NCBI GenBank assembly: GCA_963751285.1
Contig: CAVVUE010000005.1
Span: 301,482 to 365,481 of the forward strand
Origin: an uncultured Acidobacteriaceae bacterium
GTDB taxonomy: Bacteria; Acidobacteriota; Terriglobia; Terriglobales; Acidobacteriaceae
DNA: 64,000 bases
Direction: 5' to 3'
Under the pieces are notes generated by a model. The model searched no databases. It worked only from the letters and a program-made list of their open reading frames with translations, and was not told where the DNA came from. Every line of letters begins with the position of its first letter. Position 1 is the stretch's first letter. The position numbers were made by a program, and so were the translations under genes. This document shows positions 29,199-38,651 of the stretch, piece by piece.

Positions 29199-31847
29199 CT
29201 ACGCCCTCTTGGCTCCGGCTCTTCTGCTGTAGCACCGCACGTAGTCCACATCCATATGCCCCGGCAAGCGGGAATTGTCCACCACGTCTGTGTCACCCGC
29301 TGATGAAGCAATGGAGCTCAGCCAGAGGTTGACGCTCACCTCATGATTAAGAGTCAGTTCGACGGTCTGGACAAGCCGGCCATCGAAGAGGTACCGGACT
29401 ACGCCGGGCGCATACTCGCACGCGTAGACATGGAAGTCGGAGAGTGGATCGGTGCTGATCCGTTTGCTTCCGTACGACTCAAGTTCTCCTACCCAGTTCA
29501 GCGCGTCTACCCAGTACGAGAGCGGGTCGAGCGAATGGTTTTCCATCACCTTCAGTTCCAGGCCGGCCTCTGAACTCGCCTCGCCTTCGGTCGAATGTTT
29601 CGCCGTCATCAGGATGGAAGAGCGCCACCCCCTTCCGGCCATGACGCGCGCGCGGAATTCATAGTACCCGTAACCAAAACTTACTTTGCTCACAGCTCCA
29701 CCACCGGTGTAATGCCCCGGAGCCGTCTCCGGCACATAGGTGTACGACTCTCTGCTGAGGACCGCGGCGCCTGTATAGTCGTCCTTCCCATCTGGCGCTG
29801 TCTTGTTCAGGGTAATGATCAAGTTCCCGCCGGCCACCGCCACGTTTCTCGCCTGCTGCGTGCTCCAATCCTCCGTATCCGTACGGAATTCCCACTTTGA
29901 CTCGTCCACCGACTTGCCATTGAACTCGTCGCTCCACGCCAGATCGTATCCCTTTGGAACGCAGTTCTGCGCCGGTGCAAACGCGCATTTGCCGACGCCG
30001 CGCGTCATCTTCTCCTTCAATTCTTCCAGGTGCTCCTCGTAGACATCGCGCGGGCATGCGTTGTGGCTGCGGGCAATCGCGGCGGCCATCCCAACCACTT
30101 CACCCATCATGCCAGTAGTGCGCTGCTGGCGCGCCGTTCCAAGCGCAACATGCGTCACGCTGATGTCTCGCCCCGCCAGGAAGAGATTTTCGATGTTCCG
30201 CGAGTACAGGCAACGGTACGGGATGGCATAGGGCGGCATCTTGATGTAGTTCGGAATGGTTCGGAACGAATCGCCCTGGAATTCCTTGAAGTTCTTTGGC
30301 TCTGGAACATGCAGATCCATGCACCAAGTTGCTGTAACGCATGCATCCGGGTACGCCACGCAGTTGAGAATGTCCTGCTCTCTTAGCACCACGTCGCCCA
30401 GCAGGCGGCGCGACTCGCGTTTTCCCCCGATGCATCCCACCCAGCCTGCGAGTTTCAGGTTCTTGTACTCCTCTTTACTGCGGCTTTGGTTTTTCAGGAA
30501 AGACCAATTACCATAGATCGCACGAAACAGCGAGTCGCGGATCAACTCGAACTCAGCCACTTGATCGCGTGTGCAGCCGGCTTCCCAGTGTGCGCCGCCT
30601 CGGGTGGCATTTTGCGCAGTCTCCTCGGTAATGTGGAGCGCCCACGCTGTCTCCGGAAATGGCGCCGCTTCGCCAGCATCCTCGGCATACCACAGGATCG
30701 TGCTTCTCAGAGTCTGCCGATCGGCTGCCGCCGGCGCACTCGGCTCACCGGCTTCGGCTTGGCTTTCGCGCCCATACCGGTAATCGGCGCCGGCCAGAAA
30801 ACCCACATGGCCATCACCCGTGCAATCGGCAAACAGCGGTGCGATGAAACGCAGCTCCCGGCTGCTCATCACGTCCTTCGCAAGTACGGCCACAATCGCG
30901 TTTCCCCGCTTCTCCGCAGCGAAGACATACGTGTTCAGAAACAGCCGGATATTCTTCTCTGAACTCACCACTGCCAGCTTCCGCCCATCGTCATACATTG
31001 CGGCCGAAGGCAGTCCCATCCCGGGTTTCCCCGCATCCAACTCCGCCACCACGTTCCCCAGCGCCGGGTACGGCGGCAGATTGATCGCACCCACCGGGCT
31101 CACGCGAATCTCCGAACTGCTGTTGCCGCCCAAGACTGGCCGGTCTTGAATAAGCGCCACCTTCAGTCCCAGTCGCGCGGCTGAAACCGCCGCCGAGCAT
31201 CCCGCCATGCCTCCGCCAGTCACCACCAGATCGAACCGGCCCGCGTCTTCCGGCTCAGGTCCCAGGCCCAGCACCTGCTTCCGAAATGCAGCCAACACCA
31301 AACCATCGTCCGGCGGTTGCAATTTGGGATCCGCTGCCAGCAGAACTGCATCGCAGCGTCCTTCGAATCCGGTCAGGTCATGAAGCCGCAAACGGATCTT
31401 GCCCTGCGGCAAGCGGATCGATCCTCCATCCTGCCAATGCCACCTCTCTCCCTCCGTCCCAAACACCGCTGCAAGCCACTCGCCATTCACTTGCAGCTTG
31501 AAGCGTCCCGGCGCGCCGGAGACCTTCCATGGTGCTACCCAGTCGCGCGTGCGTACCCAAACCCGGTATGTGCCTGCGCTAGGAACAGCAACTTCCGTGC
31601 TTGCATCGTTTACTGGCGTTCCCATACCGTGCGCCAGCAGAAACGCCGAACCCATCTGGTTCATGAATTCCTGGTCGATGACCCACCCTCCAGGATCCGC
31701 AAAACTCTCAGCTTCAACGAGCACGAGAGGCGCATTCGAACCTGCCAAAAGAGTTGCGGCACGGCCCCAAGCAGACTGGGCCAGCACTGAAGACGCTGAA
31801 AGCGCGACTCCCGACCGAAGCAAATCACGGCGAAGAATGGCAGGCAT
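29199..31847 (-). CDS. Tat-signal multidomain protein: N-terminal beta-sandwich-like region, FAD_oxidored-type flavoprotein, C-terminal GH16-like domain
   Basis: MPAILRRDLLRSGVALSASSVLAQSAWG. FDLVVTGGGMAGCSAAVSAARLGLKVALIQDRPVLGGNSS. C-terminal GYDLAWSDEFNGKSVDESKWEF...GYYEFRARVMAGRGW...LELKVMEN...FHVYACEY...MDVDYVRCY follows the GH16 jelly-roll pattern. Confidence 0.7.
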   Translation of the reverse strand: MPAILRRDLLRSGVALSASSVLAQSAWGRAATLLAGSNAPLVLVEAESFADPGGWVIDQEFMNQMGSAFLLAHGMGTPVNDASTEVAVPSAGTYRVWVRTRDWVAPWKVSGAPGRFKLQVNGEWLAAVFGTEGERWHWQDGGSIRLPQGKIRLRLHDLTGFEGRCDAVLLAADPKLQPPDDGLVLAAFRKQVLGLGPEPEDAGRFDLVVTGGGMAGCSAAVSAARLGLKVALIQDRPVLGGNSSSEIRVSPVGAINLPPYPALGNVVAELDAGKPGMGLPSAAMYDDGRKLAVVSSEKNIRLFLNTYVFAAEKRGNAIVAVLAKDVMSSRELRFIAPLFADCTGDGHVGFLAGADYRYGRESQAEAGEPSAPAAADRQTLRSTILWYAEDAGEAAPFPETAWALHITEETAQNATRGGAHWEAGCTRDQVAEFELIRDSLFRAIYGNWSFLKNQSRSKEEYKNLKLAGWVGCIGGKRESRRLLGDVVLREQDILNCVAYPDACVTATWCMDLHVPEPKNFKEFQGDSFRTIPNYIKMPPYAIPYRCLYSRNIENLFLAGRDISVTHVALGTARQQRTTGMMGEVVGMAAAIARSHNACPRDVYEEHLEELKEKMTRGVGKCAFAPAQNCVPKGYDLAWSDEFNGKSVDESKWEFRTDTEDWSTQQARNVAVAGGNLIITLNKTAPDGKDDYTGAAVLSRESYTYVPETAPGHYTGGGAVSKVSFGYGYYEFRARVMAGRGWRSSILMTAKHSTEGEASSEAGLELKVMENHSLDPLSYWVDALNWVGELESYGSKRISTDPLSDFHVYACEYAPGVVRYLFDGRLVQTVELTLNHEVSVNLWLSSIASSAGDTDVVDNSRLPGHMDVDYVRCYSRRAGAKRA

Positions 31848-32025
31848 ATACCTTGTCCTTGGAAGCAGACTCCATGATCGATCGAAACTGATGCAGCGTC
31901 AATCTGGATTGTGCGCCCTGGATTGTGATTCTTCAGAATTCTATTCGGGCGCAAATCGGGCGACGCTTGAAATTTATGGGTTACAAACTGCGTTACGTTG
32001 TTCAGGCGAGAATCAGTGCGTTGGG

Positions 32026-32180
32026 ATGGCTGTCGATACTGCAGAGCTGTGTTTGCTGTTTGTGAAGACACTGAAGCGGCCGACGCCGCTGCCGACGATC
32101 CTCAGTCCAGAGGAAGTGGAGCGGCTTATTGCGTCGGCGAAGAACCTGATGCATTGTGCCATGCTCATGACCCTCTCCTG
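32026..32180 (+). pseudogene. Tyrosine recombinase/integrase fragment (about 50 codons)
   Basis: ...FVKTLKRPTPLPTILSPEEVERLIASAKNLMHCAMLMTLS matches the junction of the N-terminal SAM-like domain and the start of the catalytic domain of phage-integrase-family proteins. There is no continuation on either side. Confidence 0.5.
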
Positions 32181-32454
32181 CACTCAACGTGCCCCCGGGA
32201 ATATTGATGGTCGCCGTGCCGGCGCTCAGTCCTGTCGCCGCAGAGATATAGCTGCCGCCGGACAAAATCACGGTCCCGGTTGGCGCCGGATTGCCCGTTC
32301 CACCGCTCACCGTAACCGTGACCGAGAGCGGCTGACTGATGAGGATGTTTGACGCACTAGCCGTCACCGTCACCGCTGGGACAGCGGTGTTCACTGTGAC
32401 GGCCGACGATGCCGTTCCCGATGCGCTCCCGTAGTGACCGAAGCCACCGACCAA
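32165..32454 (-). pseudogene. Fragment of an Ig-like-repeat surface protein
   Basis: SAVTVNTAVPAVTVTASASNILISQPLSVTVTVSGGTGNPAPTGTVILSGGSYISAATGLSAGTATINIPGGTLSAG. It is bounded by stop codons upstream and by the integrase fragment downstream. Confidence 0.45.
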
Positions 32455-32565
32455 GTGTTAGGTGACGTATACGGTGCTCCTGTTCTGGGATGCAAAATGG
32501 AAATTCCCAAGTAAAATTCGTCTACTTGGAAAGCAGGATTATAATCGGGCACTGGCGGCTCTGGG

Positions 32566-33288
32566 ATGCACGCAGGACGTTTCTCGTTCGCGCTCTATTT
32601 CGTCCTTCTCGTCCATATTGCGATTGGCCAGGACCTAGCGGCATCTCCGCCCAGCAGTTTCTTCCGCTTTTACGATCCGGCGGACTTCAACAGGAACATC
32701 TACTACAAAAACAAGCTTGAGTTCTCTCTGGAAACCGGCTGGCTCCCCAACAATATCCCCTTTGTATTTAATTTTGTCGCCGGCGACCCATACAACACCT
32801 GGCCGCTGCATTACACTCTGGTGCCCAATATCGCCTCTGTCCGGTGGCACGTTGATAACATCAACGGATCCGGCATTCTACGCGGTAATTTAGACCTAAC
32901 CTTCAGTGGAACCTATACCGCGATCCCGCGCGGTCCGGAGACTCGTTATTTCGCCTTCGTCTACGGAATGCGCCGTAATTTTATCCAGCGCAACTGGAGG
33001 ATCGTGCCGTATTTCGAGGCTCGAGGTGGAGTCGGCAACATCAATGCCAAAGGACCTGACGGGGTCCTCTATGCCCAGGGGCAGGACCTGACGTTCACCC
33101 TGATGATGGGCAGCGGAGCGCGATATAACTTCAATCCTCGATTCAGCTTCGCTGCGGGAATGACCTACGATCACATCTCGAACTTCTACTTGTCCCAGCC
33201 CGCATACACGGACTATGGACTCAACGTCTACGGCTCCTTTATAGGAATCAATATCCGGATCGGCAAGGAACGGCGCATTGTGCCGTAA
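32566..33288 (+). CDS. PagL-like acyloxyacyl hydrolase / lipid A deacylase-family outer-membrane beta-barrel
   Basis: Signal peptide FALYFVLLVHIAIGQ, alternating beta-strand pattern, and the His-x-Ser-Asn motif in MTYDHISNFYL near the C-terminus. Confidence 0.65.
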   Translation: MHAGRFSFALYFVLLVHIAIGQDLAASPPSSFFRFYDPADFNRNIYYKNKLEFSLETGWLPNNIPFVFNFVAGDPYNTWPLHYTLVPNIASVRWHVDNINGSGILRGNLDLTFSGTYTAIPRGPETRYFAFVYGMRRNFIQRNWRIVPYFEARGGVGNINAKGPDGVLYAQGQDLTFTLMMGSGARYNFNPRFSFAAGMTYDHISNFYLSQPAYTDYGLNVYGSFIGINIRIGKERRIVP

Positions 33289-33689
33289 TGTACCTCTGGT
33301 TCGGCCGAAAGAACCTACGGATCCCGCTGATTTGGGCCTGTATTTTGATTTCATAAATTCGTCTCTACAACAAATTGTTCCGGTTATAGACTTAGTGTCT
33401 CTTTGGTCGGCAATCAACAGAGTCTCTGGTGCAAAGACCCAGCAAACCAGACGCCGCCCAGCCGGCCTGGGCCGCAAGAGCGGTGGCGTGAGAAATCCAT
33501 CCATGAGAAACAACGGAAAGCAGAACTCCAGAAACCAAAGCTGTGGCGGACGGTCGGAACGGCTGCTGAAACCTCAAGTGGAGGCACCGAGCAGCCGCCG
33601 TGGTCGCCTTTACATCTGAATTGAACGACACTGTCTCGAGTGCGCTATCTCAGACTCCTGTGTGGCCCGGACTACCTTCACCCGGAGCC

Positions 33690-34220
33690 TTACGAAGCTG
33701 CGGTTACTGGCGTGGCTGGAGTTTTCGGAGCGACAGCAGCCTTCGTCTTCGATGCACCCGCCCTCTTTGCGGAAACAGGCTTCTTCGCTGGAGCAGACTT
33801 CTTTGCAACCTTTGCCGAAGCGATTTTCTTCGTGGCCTTCCGCACCTTCGCCCACCGGGCCTTTTGGGCGGCGGCGATCTTGGCGCGTGCCCCGGCACTA
33901 AAGGTGCGCTTCTTCTTACTCTTTGCACGTAACCCGACCGCGGGGGCTTTCTTCGCGGTTGACGCCGCAGGGGTGCTAGGCGCCGCTTTCTTCGCAGCCT
34001 TCTTGGATTTCGCCCAACGAGCCCTTTGGGCAGAGGCGATCCTCTCCCGCGCCTCGGCGCTCAACGTGCGCTTTGTTCTGGCTTTGCCGGCCCAGCTTGT
34101 ATTGGCTGGTCGACCTGGCTTCCGATTCTCGGTGGTGCTGGTGCCGGTTAACAGCGCCTTTACCTGTTGCAGCTTGGATATCTCGGCATCGATCTCTACA
34201 ACGATGTCCTGTATATTCAT
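33690..34220 (-). CDS. Lysine/alanine-rich histone H1-like basic protein with two internal repeats
   Basis: ATG 34220 preceded by GGAGGG. MNIQDIVVEIDAEISKLQQVKALL, then KRTLSAEARERIASAQRARWAK and KRTFSAGARAKIAAAQKARWAK embedded in AKK/PAKK-rich sequence. Confidence 0.65.
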   Translation of the reverse strand: MNIQDIVVEIDAEISKLQQVKALLTGTSTTENRKPGRPANTSWAGKARTKRTLSAEARERIASAQRARWAKSKKAAKKAAPSTPAASTAKKAPAVGLRAKSKKKRTFSAGARAKIAAAQKARWAKVRKATKKIASAKVAKKSAPAKKPVSAKRAGASKTKAAVAPKTPATPVTAAS

Positions 34221-34561
34221 GAACCCTCCGGGATCGAGGATAACCCACCGGCTGAATTCCAGTGCATGCTTGGATTGAAAACTCAAGCAAGGGACTGTAC
34301 ACCTCAACTGGTCTAAGCTTCGTGTTTTTCCGGTGATTCTTCCTGTCCTGGACTAGGTGAGTTCCTGGTCAACAACAAAGAACATCTCGCGCGCGTGTGA
34401 AGGTTTTGGCCGCAAGCGCTATTTCAACCAATCGAAGCCGGCGCCAACAAGCGGAGATCTTCATCGCGGTGGAGCAGGATGAGTGCGGATGCCTTGAACT
34501 GCCTGATCGCGTCCAGTTCGGTGGCCTGAATCCCCAGCGAACCCCGGCCATCGACACTCCA

Positions 34562-36760
34562 TCACTGGCCTGTTTCCTTCAAGCTACTCAGCAGTCCTGA
34601 GTACCGCTTGCGTGATTGGTCATTCGTGACCGCGAGGCCCAGGGCCTTCTTCTGACCAACCACTACAAGCAGCCGCTTGGCGCGGGTGATCCCGGTGTAG
34701 ATCAGATTGCGCTGGAGCAGCATGTAATGCTGCATGGCAACCGGGATGACCACCGCCGGGAACTCCGAGCCCTGCGACTTGTGGATGGTCACCGCGTAGG
34801 CCAGCGAGACTTCATCCAGCTCCCCGAAGTCGTAGGTCACTAGCCTGTCGTCAAACCGGATGAAAAGTTCCTGCTCGACGGGATCGATCTTCTCGATAGT
34901 GCCGATGTCCCCGTTGAACACTTCCTTCTTGTAGTCGTTCTCCGTCTGAATGACCTTGTCCCGGACCTGGAATCGCCATCCAAACCGCTCTACGGCGGGT
35001 TCACCGGGCCGAACAGGATTCAGGGTACCCTGTAGCGCGGTGTTCAACTCGCGGACTCCTATCGAACCCCGGTTCATCGGGCACAACACCTGAATGTCAC
35101 GAATAGGGTCGAGCCGATGCCCCTTCGGGATTCTGTCTTGAACCAGCCTCACCAAGGTTGCAGCGATCTCTTCGGGCGTATCGCGCTCGATGAAATGAAA
35201 GTCGGAGCCGGACCCCGCCGACCGCAGCTCCGGCATCTTCCCCTGACGGATCAAGTGCGCGTTGGTGATGATCTTGCTGTTGGCCGCCTGCCGGAATACT
35301 TCGGTCAGGCGAACGACAGATACTACACCGCTCTCGATCAAATCCCGCAAGGCGTTCCCCGGCCCGACGGAGGGGAGCTGGTCCACATCGCCGACCATGT
35401 TCAGTGCGGAAGTCCTGGGGAGAGCACGGAGCAGGGCGTACATCAGGAGCACGTCCACCATCGAGGTCTCATCGACGATGAGGAGGTCGCAGTCAAGCGG
35501 CTTGTCCTCATTGCGGGAGAACCTTCCCGTGGCCGGATCAACTTCCAGCAGGCGATGAATGGTCTTCGCTTCCAGTCCCGTCGTCTCCGTGAGTCGCTTC
35601 GCCGCCCTTCCGGTGGGTGCGCAGAGCAGGCACTTCACTTTCTTGGCCCGGAGGATGAGCAGGATCGAGTTCACCAAGGTGGTCTTACCCACACCGGGAC
35701 CGCCGGTGATGATGACGACCCGGCTGCTCAGCGCGGTCTTCAACGCCTCCCGCTGGCTCGGAGCGAGGGTCTTTCCGGTCTTCTTCTCACACCAGGCGAC
35801 GGCCTTTTCGATATCGATCCTCGGGTAGGTGATGCCGGCAGCGGCCAGCCGCTTGATCTTCGTTGCAATGGCAACTTCCGCCTTCCTCAAGTGTGGCAGG
35901 AAGACCAGTGGTTCGCCCTCGATCTCTTCCAGCAGGAGAGACCCACTGGTCAGCATCTGCGACAGGGCCTGCTCGATGGTCTCCACCGGCACTTCCAGCA
36001 GTTTCACTGCCGCCGCACTCAGCTTTTCCAGTGGCAGAGCGCAATGACCCTCGGAGGTCGCCCCCAGGAGTACGTGGTCGATCCCGGCCCGAGCCCTATT
36101 CTGCGAGTCTTTGGGAATCCCGACGCTCCGTGCGATCTGATCCGCGGTGGCGAAGCCAATGCCATGGATCTCCTTTGCCAGAGTGTAGGGGTTCTCCCGA
36201 ACCGTTTGGATGGCCAGATTCCCGTAGGTCTTATAGATGCGGACCGCTCGCCCGGTACTGACCCCGTGGCTGTGCAGGAAGACCATGATCTCGCGGATTT
36301 GCATCCCCTCTTGCCAAGCATTGGCGATCCGTTCCCGGCGTTTTGGCCCGATACCATCGACGGACTCCAGGTCGGCGGGGTTGTTTCCGACAACATCCAA
36401 TACGCCGGCGCCGAAGTGTCCGACCAGCTTCCTCGCCAGGACAGGCCCGACACCCTTAACGAAACCGCCAGCCAGGTACCGTTCGACACCCTCGCTTGTC
36501 GTTGGAGGGACGGCTTTCAAGAGCTGCGCTTTGAACTGAAGACCGTGCTCTTTATCCCGGACCCACCATCCTCTTGCAGTCAGCCACTCCCCGGCGCTCA
36601 CCGACGGCAAGGAACCGAGGACTGTCACCAACTCTCGCTGTCCCCGCACCTTCACCCGGAGCACGGCGAACCCGCTCTCCTCATTGAAGAAGGTGACCCG
36701 TTCCACGAGGCCGGCAATCTCCTCTGAGGGGGTCCGCGGCTGTGGAAATGAATCGCTCAT
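34562..36760 (-). CDS. recD2: RecD2-type SF1 ATP-dependent DNA helicase
   Basis: N-terminal GLVERVTFFNEESGFAVLRVKV, HhH region, Walker A IITGGPGVGKTT, LLIVDETSMVD, and C-terminal AVTIHKSQGSEFPAVVIP. Confidence 0.85.
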   Translation of the reverse strand: MSDSFPQPRTPSEEIAGLVERVTFFNEESGFAVLRVKVRGQRELVTVLGSLPSVSAGEWLTARGWWVRDKEHGLQFKAQLLKAVPPTTSEGVERYLAGGFVKGVGPVLARKLVGHFGAGVLDVVGNNPADLESVDGIGPKRRERIANAWQEGMQIREIMVFLHSHGVSTGRAVRIYKTYGNLAIQTVRENPYTLAKEIHGIGFATADQIARSVGIPKDSQNRARAGIDHVLLGATSEGHCALPLEKLSAAAVKLLEVPVETIEQALSQMLTSGSLLLEEIEGEPLVFLPHLRKAEVAIATKIKRLAAAGITYPRIDIEKAVAWCEKKTGKTLAPSQREALKTALSSRVVIITGGPGVGKTTLVNSILLILRAKKVKCLLCAPTGRAAKRLTETTGLEAKTIHRLLEVDPATGRFSRNEDKPLDCDLLIVDETSMVDVLLMYALLRALPRTSALNMVGDVDQLPSVGPGNALRDLIESGVVSVVRLTEVFRQAANSKIITNAHLIRQGKMPELRSAGSGSDFHFIERDTPEEIAATLVRLVQDRIPKGHRLDPIRDIQVLCPMNRGSIGVRELNTALQGTLNPVRPGEPAVERFGWRFQVRDKVIQTENDYKKEVFNGDIGTIEKIDPVEQELFIRFDDRLVTYDFGELDEVSLAYAVTIHKSQGSEFPAVVIPVAMQHYMLLQRNLIYTGITRAKRLLVVVGQKKALGLAVTNDQSRKRYSGLLSSLKETGQ

Positions 36761-37164
36761 CCTAGTTGAAGTCTATGCGCTTGAAGCTGACATCAGCAGT
36801 GCGAGTCGGTCTCAGTTGCCACACCAACCATCGAGCAACGACCACGATTGCGCAGGCGAGTCCAGTACGGTGAAAAATCGCTCGGTTTTTCGACCGCAAG
36901 TGCAACGTTGGTCTTGGAATACCCATCAGGAGCGGTACAATTCGAGCGAATCGGTGCCCAAAAGGGAGATTCCGGCTTAGACGAGCAATTGTGACTGGCT
37001 TTTCACACCGGCGCGTTCAATACTTACGACGTAAACGCATCGCTCCTGCTTAGAGCCCAAATGGGGGGAGCTCTGCCTGAGTGATGCGCACAAAGAGGCC
37101 GGATCTGCGCCCGTTTGGCGTCCGCGTGATTGCGCGCCCTATTGCGTGTTTAGGAAGAGGAGTC

Positions 37165-37590
37165 ATGAAAATCCTGATGGGAATCGACGATTCGAAGTCC
37201 TCCAAGAACTTGGTTCGCGCTCTTGTCACCCAGTTTCGGACTGAGAACGCAGAGATTCTCGCTTTGCACGTGCTGGAGCCAGTTGCACCCGTGGCGCCAC
37301 CGGAGATGGCGCAAGGTTACGCTCCAGAGTTGGAAGACCAGAAGAAGCCGGCCCTTATACTGCTGGAGCGAATCGCGGACGAGTTGCGCAAGGCGGGATT
37401 CAGCGTACAGACGTCTGTTGAAATAGGTGATGTCAGAGAAACCGTTATCGAGACAGCGGTTGAATGGCATGCTGATCTCATCCTCGTTGGCTCACATGGG
37501 AAGCGAGGCATCCGGAGTTTCTTGCTGGGAAGCGTGGCGGAATCTGTTGCTCGCCATGCTAAATGTTCCGTAGAAATTGTCCGAATGTAA
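37165..37590 (+). CDS. Universal stress protein (UspA family)
   Basis: ATG 37165 after GGAAGAGGAG. MKILMGIDDSKSS..., HADLILVGSHGKRGIRSFLLGSVAESVARHAKCSVEIVR. Confidence 0.85.
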   Translation: MKILMGIDDSKSSKNLVRALVTQFRTENAEILALHVLEPVAPVAPPEMAQGYAPELEDQKKPALILLERIADELRKAGFSVQTSVEIGDVRETVIETAVEWHADLILVGSHGKRGIRSFLLGSVAESVARHAKCSVEIVRM

Positions 37591-37917
37591 ACGAACAATC
37601 GCTCAAGTATCGTAAGTTGAGACAATTGGCTCGCCTCGCGTGGCGTTGTGACTTTGCACCATTGAGGCAGGACTAGGGGTTCTAATCCACGCCTGGTCTC
37701 TGGAATGTTTGTGGGGGCATGCCCGACAAAGAAGACAGTGTCTCTTAGCGTCACAGTGCTGAAGGTTCAAGTTCGCCGTCCGTTAGAGGCTCATTCTGGG
37801 TGAAGGTTTTCATCGGATCTCCAAACGTCAACGGCAACGGCAGTCATCGAGCGGAACCTGAGTAATCCAGTTCGTGAACTGGAGCAGCGATCACGCACGT
37901 TATTCGCTACGAGTACT

Positions 37918-38355
37918 CTACCGCTTCATCGACTTCAGCCTGATCATCGCTCCATCCACGGCGAACCTTCCGTACCCGTGATGGTGGATCGTCTTTGGAT
38001 GCTTCTGCGCCGGATCGGTCCAGGCTTTGAGTACTTCCAGGATGAAGAGATTGAACTCGTTGACGAGCCGGGTATCGACCACCTTGCACTCAAGGTTAGC
38101 GAAACACTCAGCCACCAGAGGCGGAGCCACACGCTGGGCAGGCGCTGGCGTAAGGCGGAACCTCTTGAATTTGTCCACGTCTCGGCCGGAGCAATTGCCG
38201 ACTGCCACGACTTTCGGAGCCAGTTCCAGCGCTGGGATGGCAATCACACACTCCTTCGTCGCCCGAAGTGCAGCAAAGCTGTAATTAGCGTTGCTGACGA
38301 CACATGCAATCAGCGGCGGCTCGAATTCGACCATCATGTACCAGGACAACGTCAT
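37918..38355 (-). CDS. Flavin-reductase-like (FMN-binding split-barrel) protein, N-terminus unresolved
   Basis: NIMTLSWYMMVEFEPPLIACVV, GNCSGRDVDKFKRFRLT, ECFANLECKVVD. The frame is open upstream to 38436 (...LIDLLFLTHAADGTARANIMT) but contains no ATG/GTG/TTG there. The gene is therefore either truncated or starts internally at 38355. Confidence 0.6.
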   Translation of the reverse strand: MTLSWYMMVEFEPPLIACVVSNANYSFAALRATKECVIAIPALELAPKVVAVGNCSGRDVDKFKRFRLTPAPAQRVAPPLVAECFANLECKVVDTRLVNEFNLFILEVLKAWTDPAQKHPKTIHHHGYGRFAVDGAMIRLKSMKR

Positions 38356-38651
38356 GATGTTGGCCCTGGCCGTGCCATCCGCCGCATGCGTTAGGAACAG
38401 AAGATCAATCAGGAAGAAGCGGCGGAGCGTTGCAGCCTACACAGGACATACTACAGCGGCGTTTGACGAGGGTATGGAAGTGGAGCGCTGCAAGGACCAG
38501 GAAGTCGAGCACTGGTTCAATCAAACTGAACGAGAAACGCGCCGCTCTTTCTGGCGGCCAAATTGGTGCTTGTGGTTTGTTCATCGTGTGGAGCGATATT
38601 GGGCGCCGCAAACGCCCCGTCTTCCTAATCTACCCAATAGGACAGTCGCTC

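Noticed and set aside
31399-32352. A 317-aa plus-strand ORF.
   Set aside because: It is mostly antisense to the FAD-GH16 gene. Only residues around 32026-32180 (the integrase fragment) look genuine, so the ORF is a chimera of unrelated pieces.
33392-33631. A 79-aa minus-strand ORF downstream of the H1-like gene with one hydrophobic stretch.
   Set aside because: There is no RBS or homology cue. All frames are fairly open here, so I cannot support it.
34427-34561. The frame stays open for 45 codons after the recD2 TGA (possible read-through extension).
   Set aside because: All three frames are open here (GC-rich). RecD2 already ends at a typical position, and the extension has no recognisable features.
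35117-36727. A 536-aa plus-strand ORF antisense to recD2. Similar long antisense ORFs lie at 13891-14808 and 14983-15921 opposite the TonB receptor, and at 54589-55308 opposite the IS256 transposase.
   Set aside because: This is the classic shadow frame of a strongly codon-biased GC-rich gene. There are no motifs or RBS, and the sense-strand genes are unambiguous.
37677-37777. Two T-loop-like strings (GGGGTTCTAATCC and GGTTCAAGTTCGCC) that might be tRNA 3' remnants or att sites.
   Set aside because: The flanking bases do not form T-stems or acceptor stems, and no cloverleaf can be drawn. They are probably chance matches.
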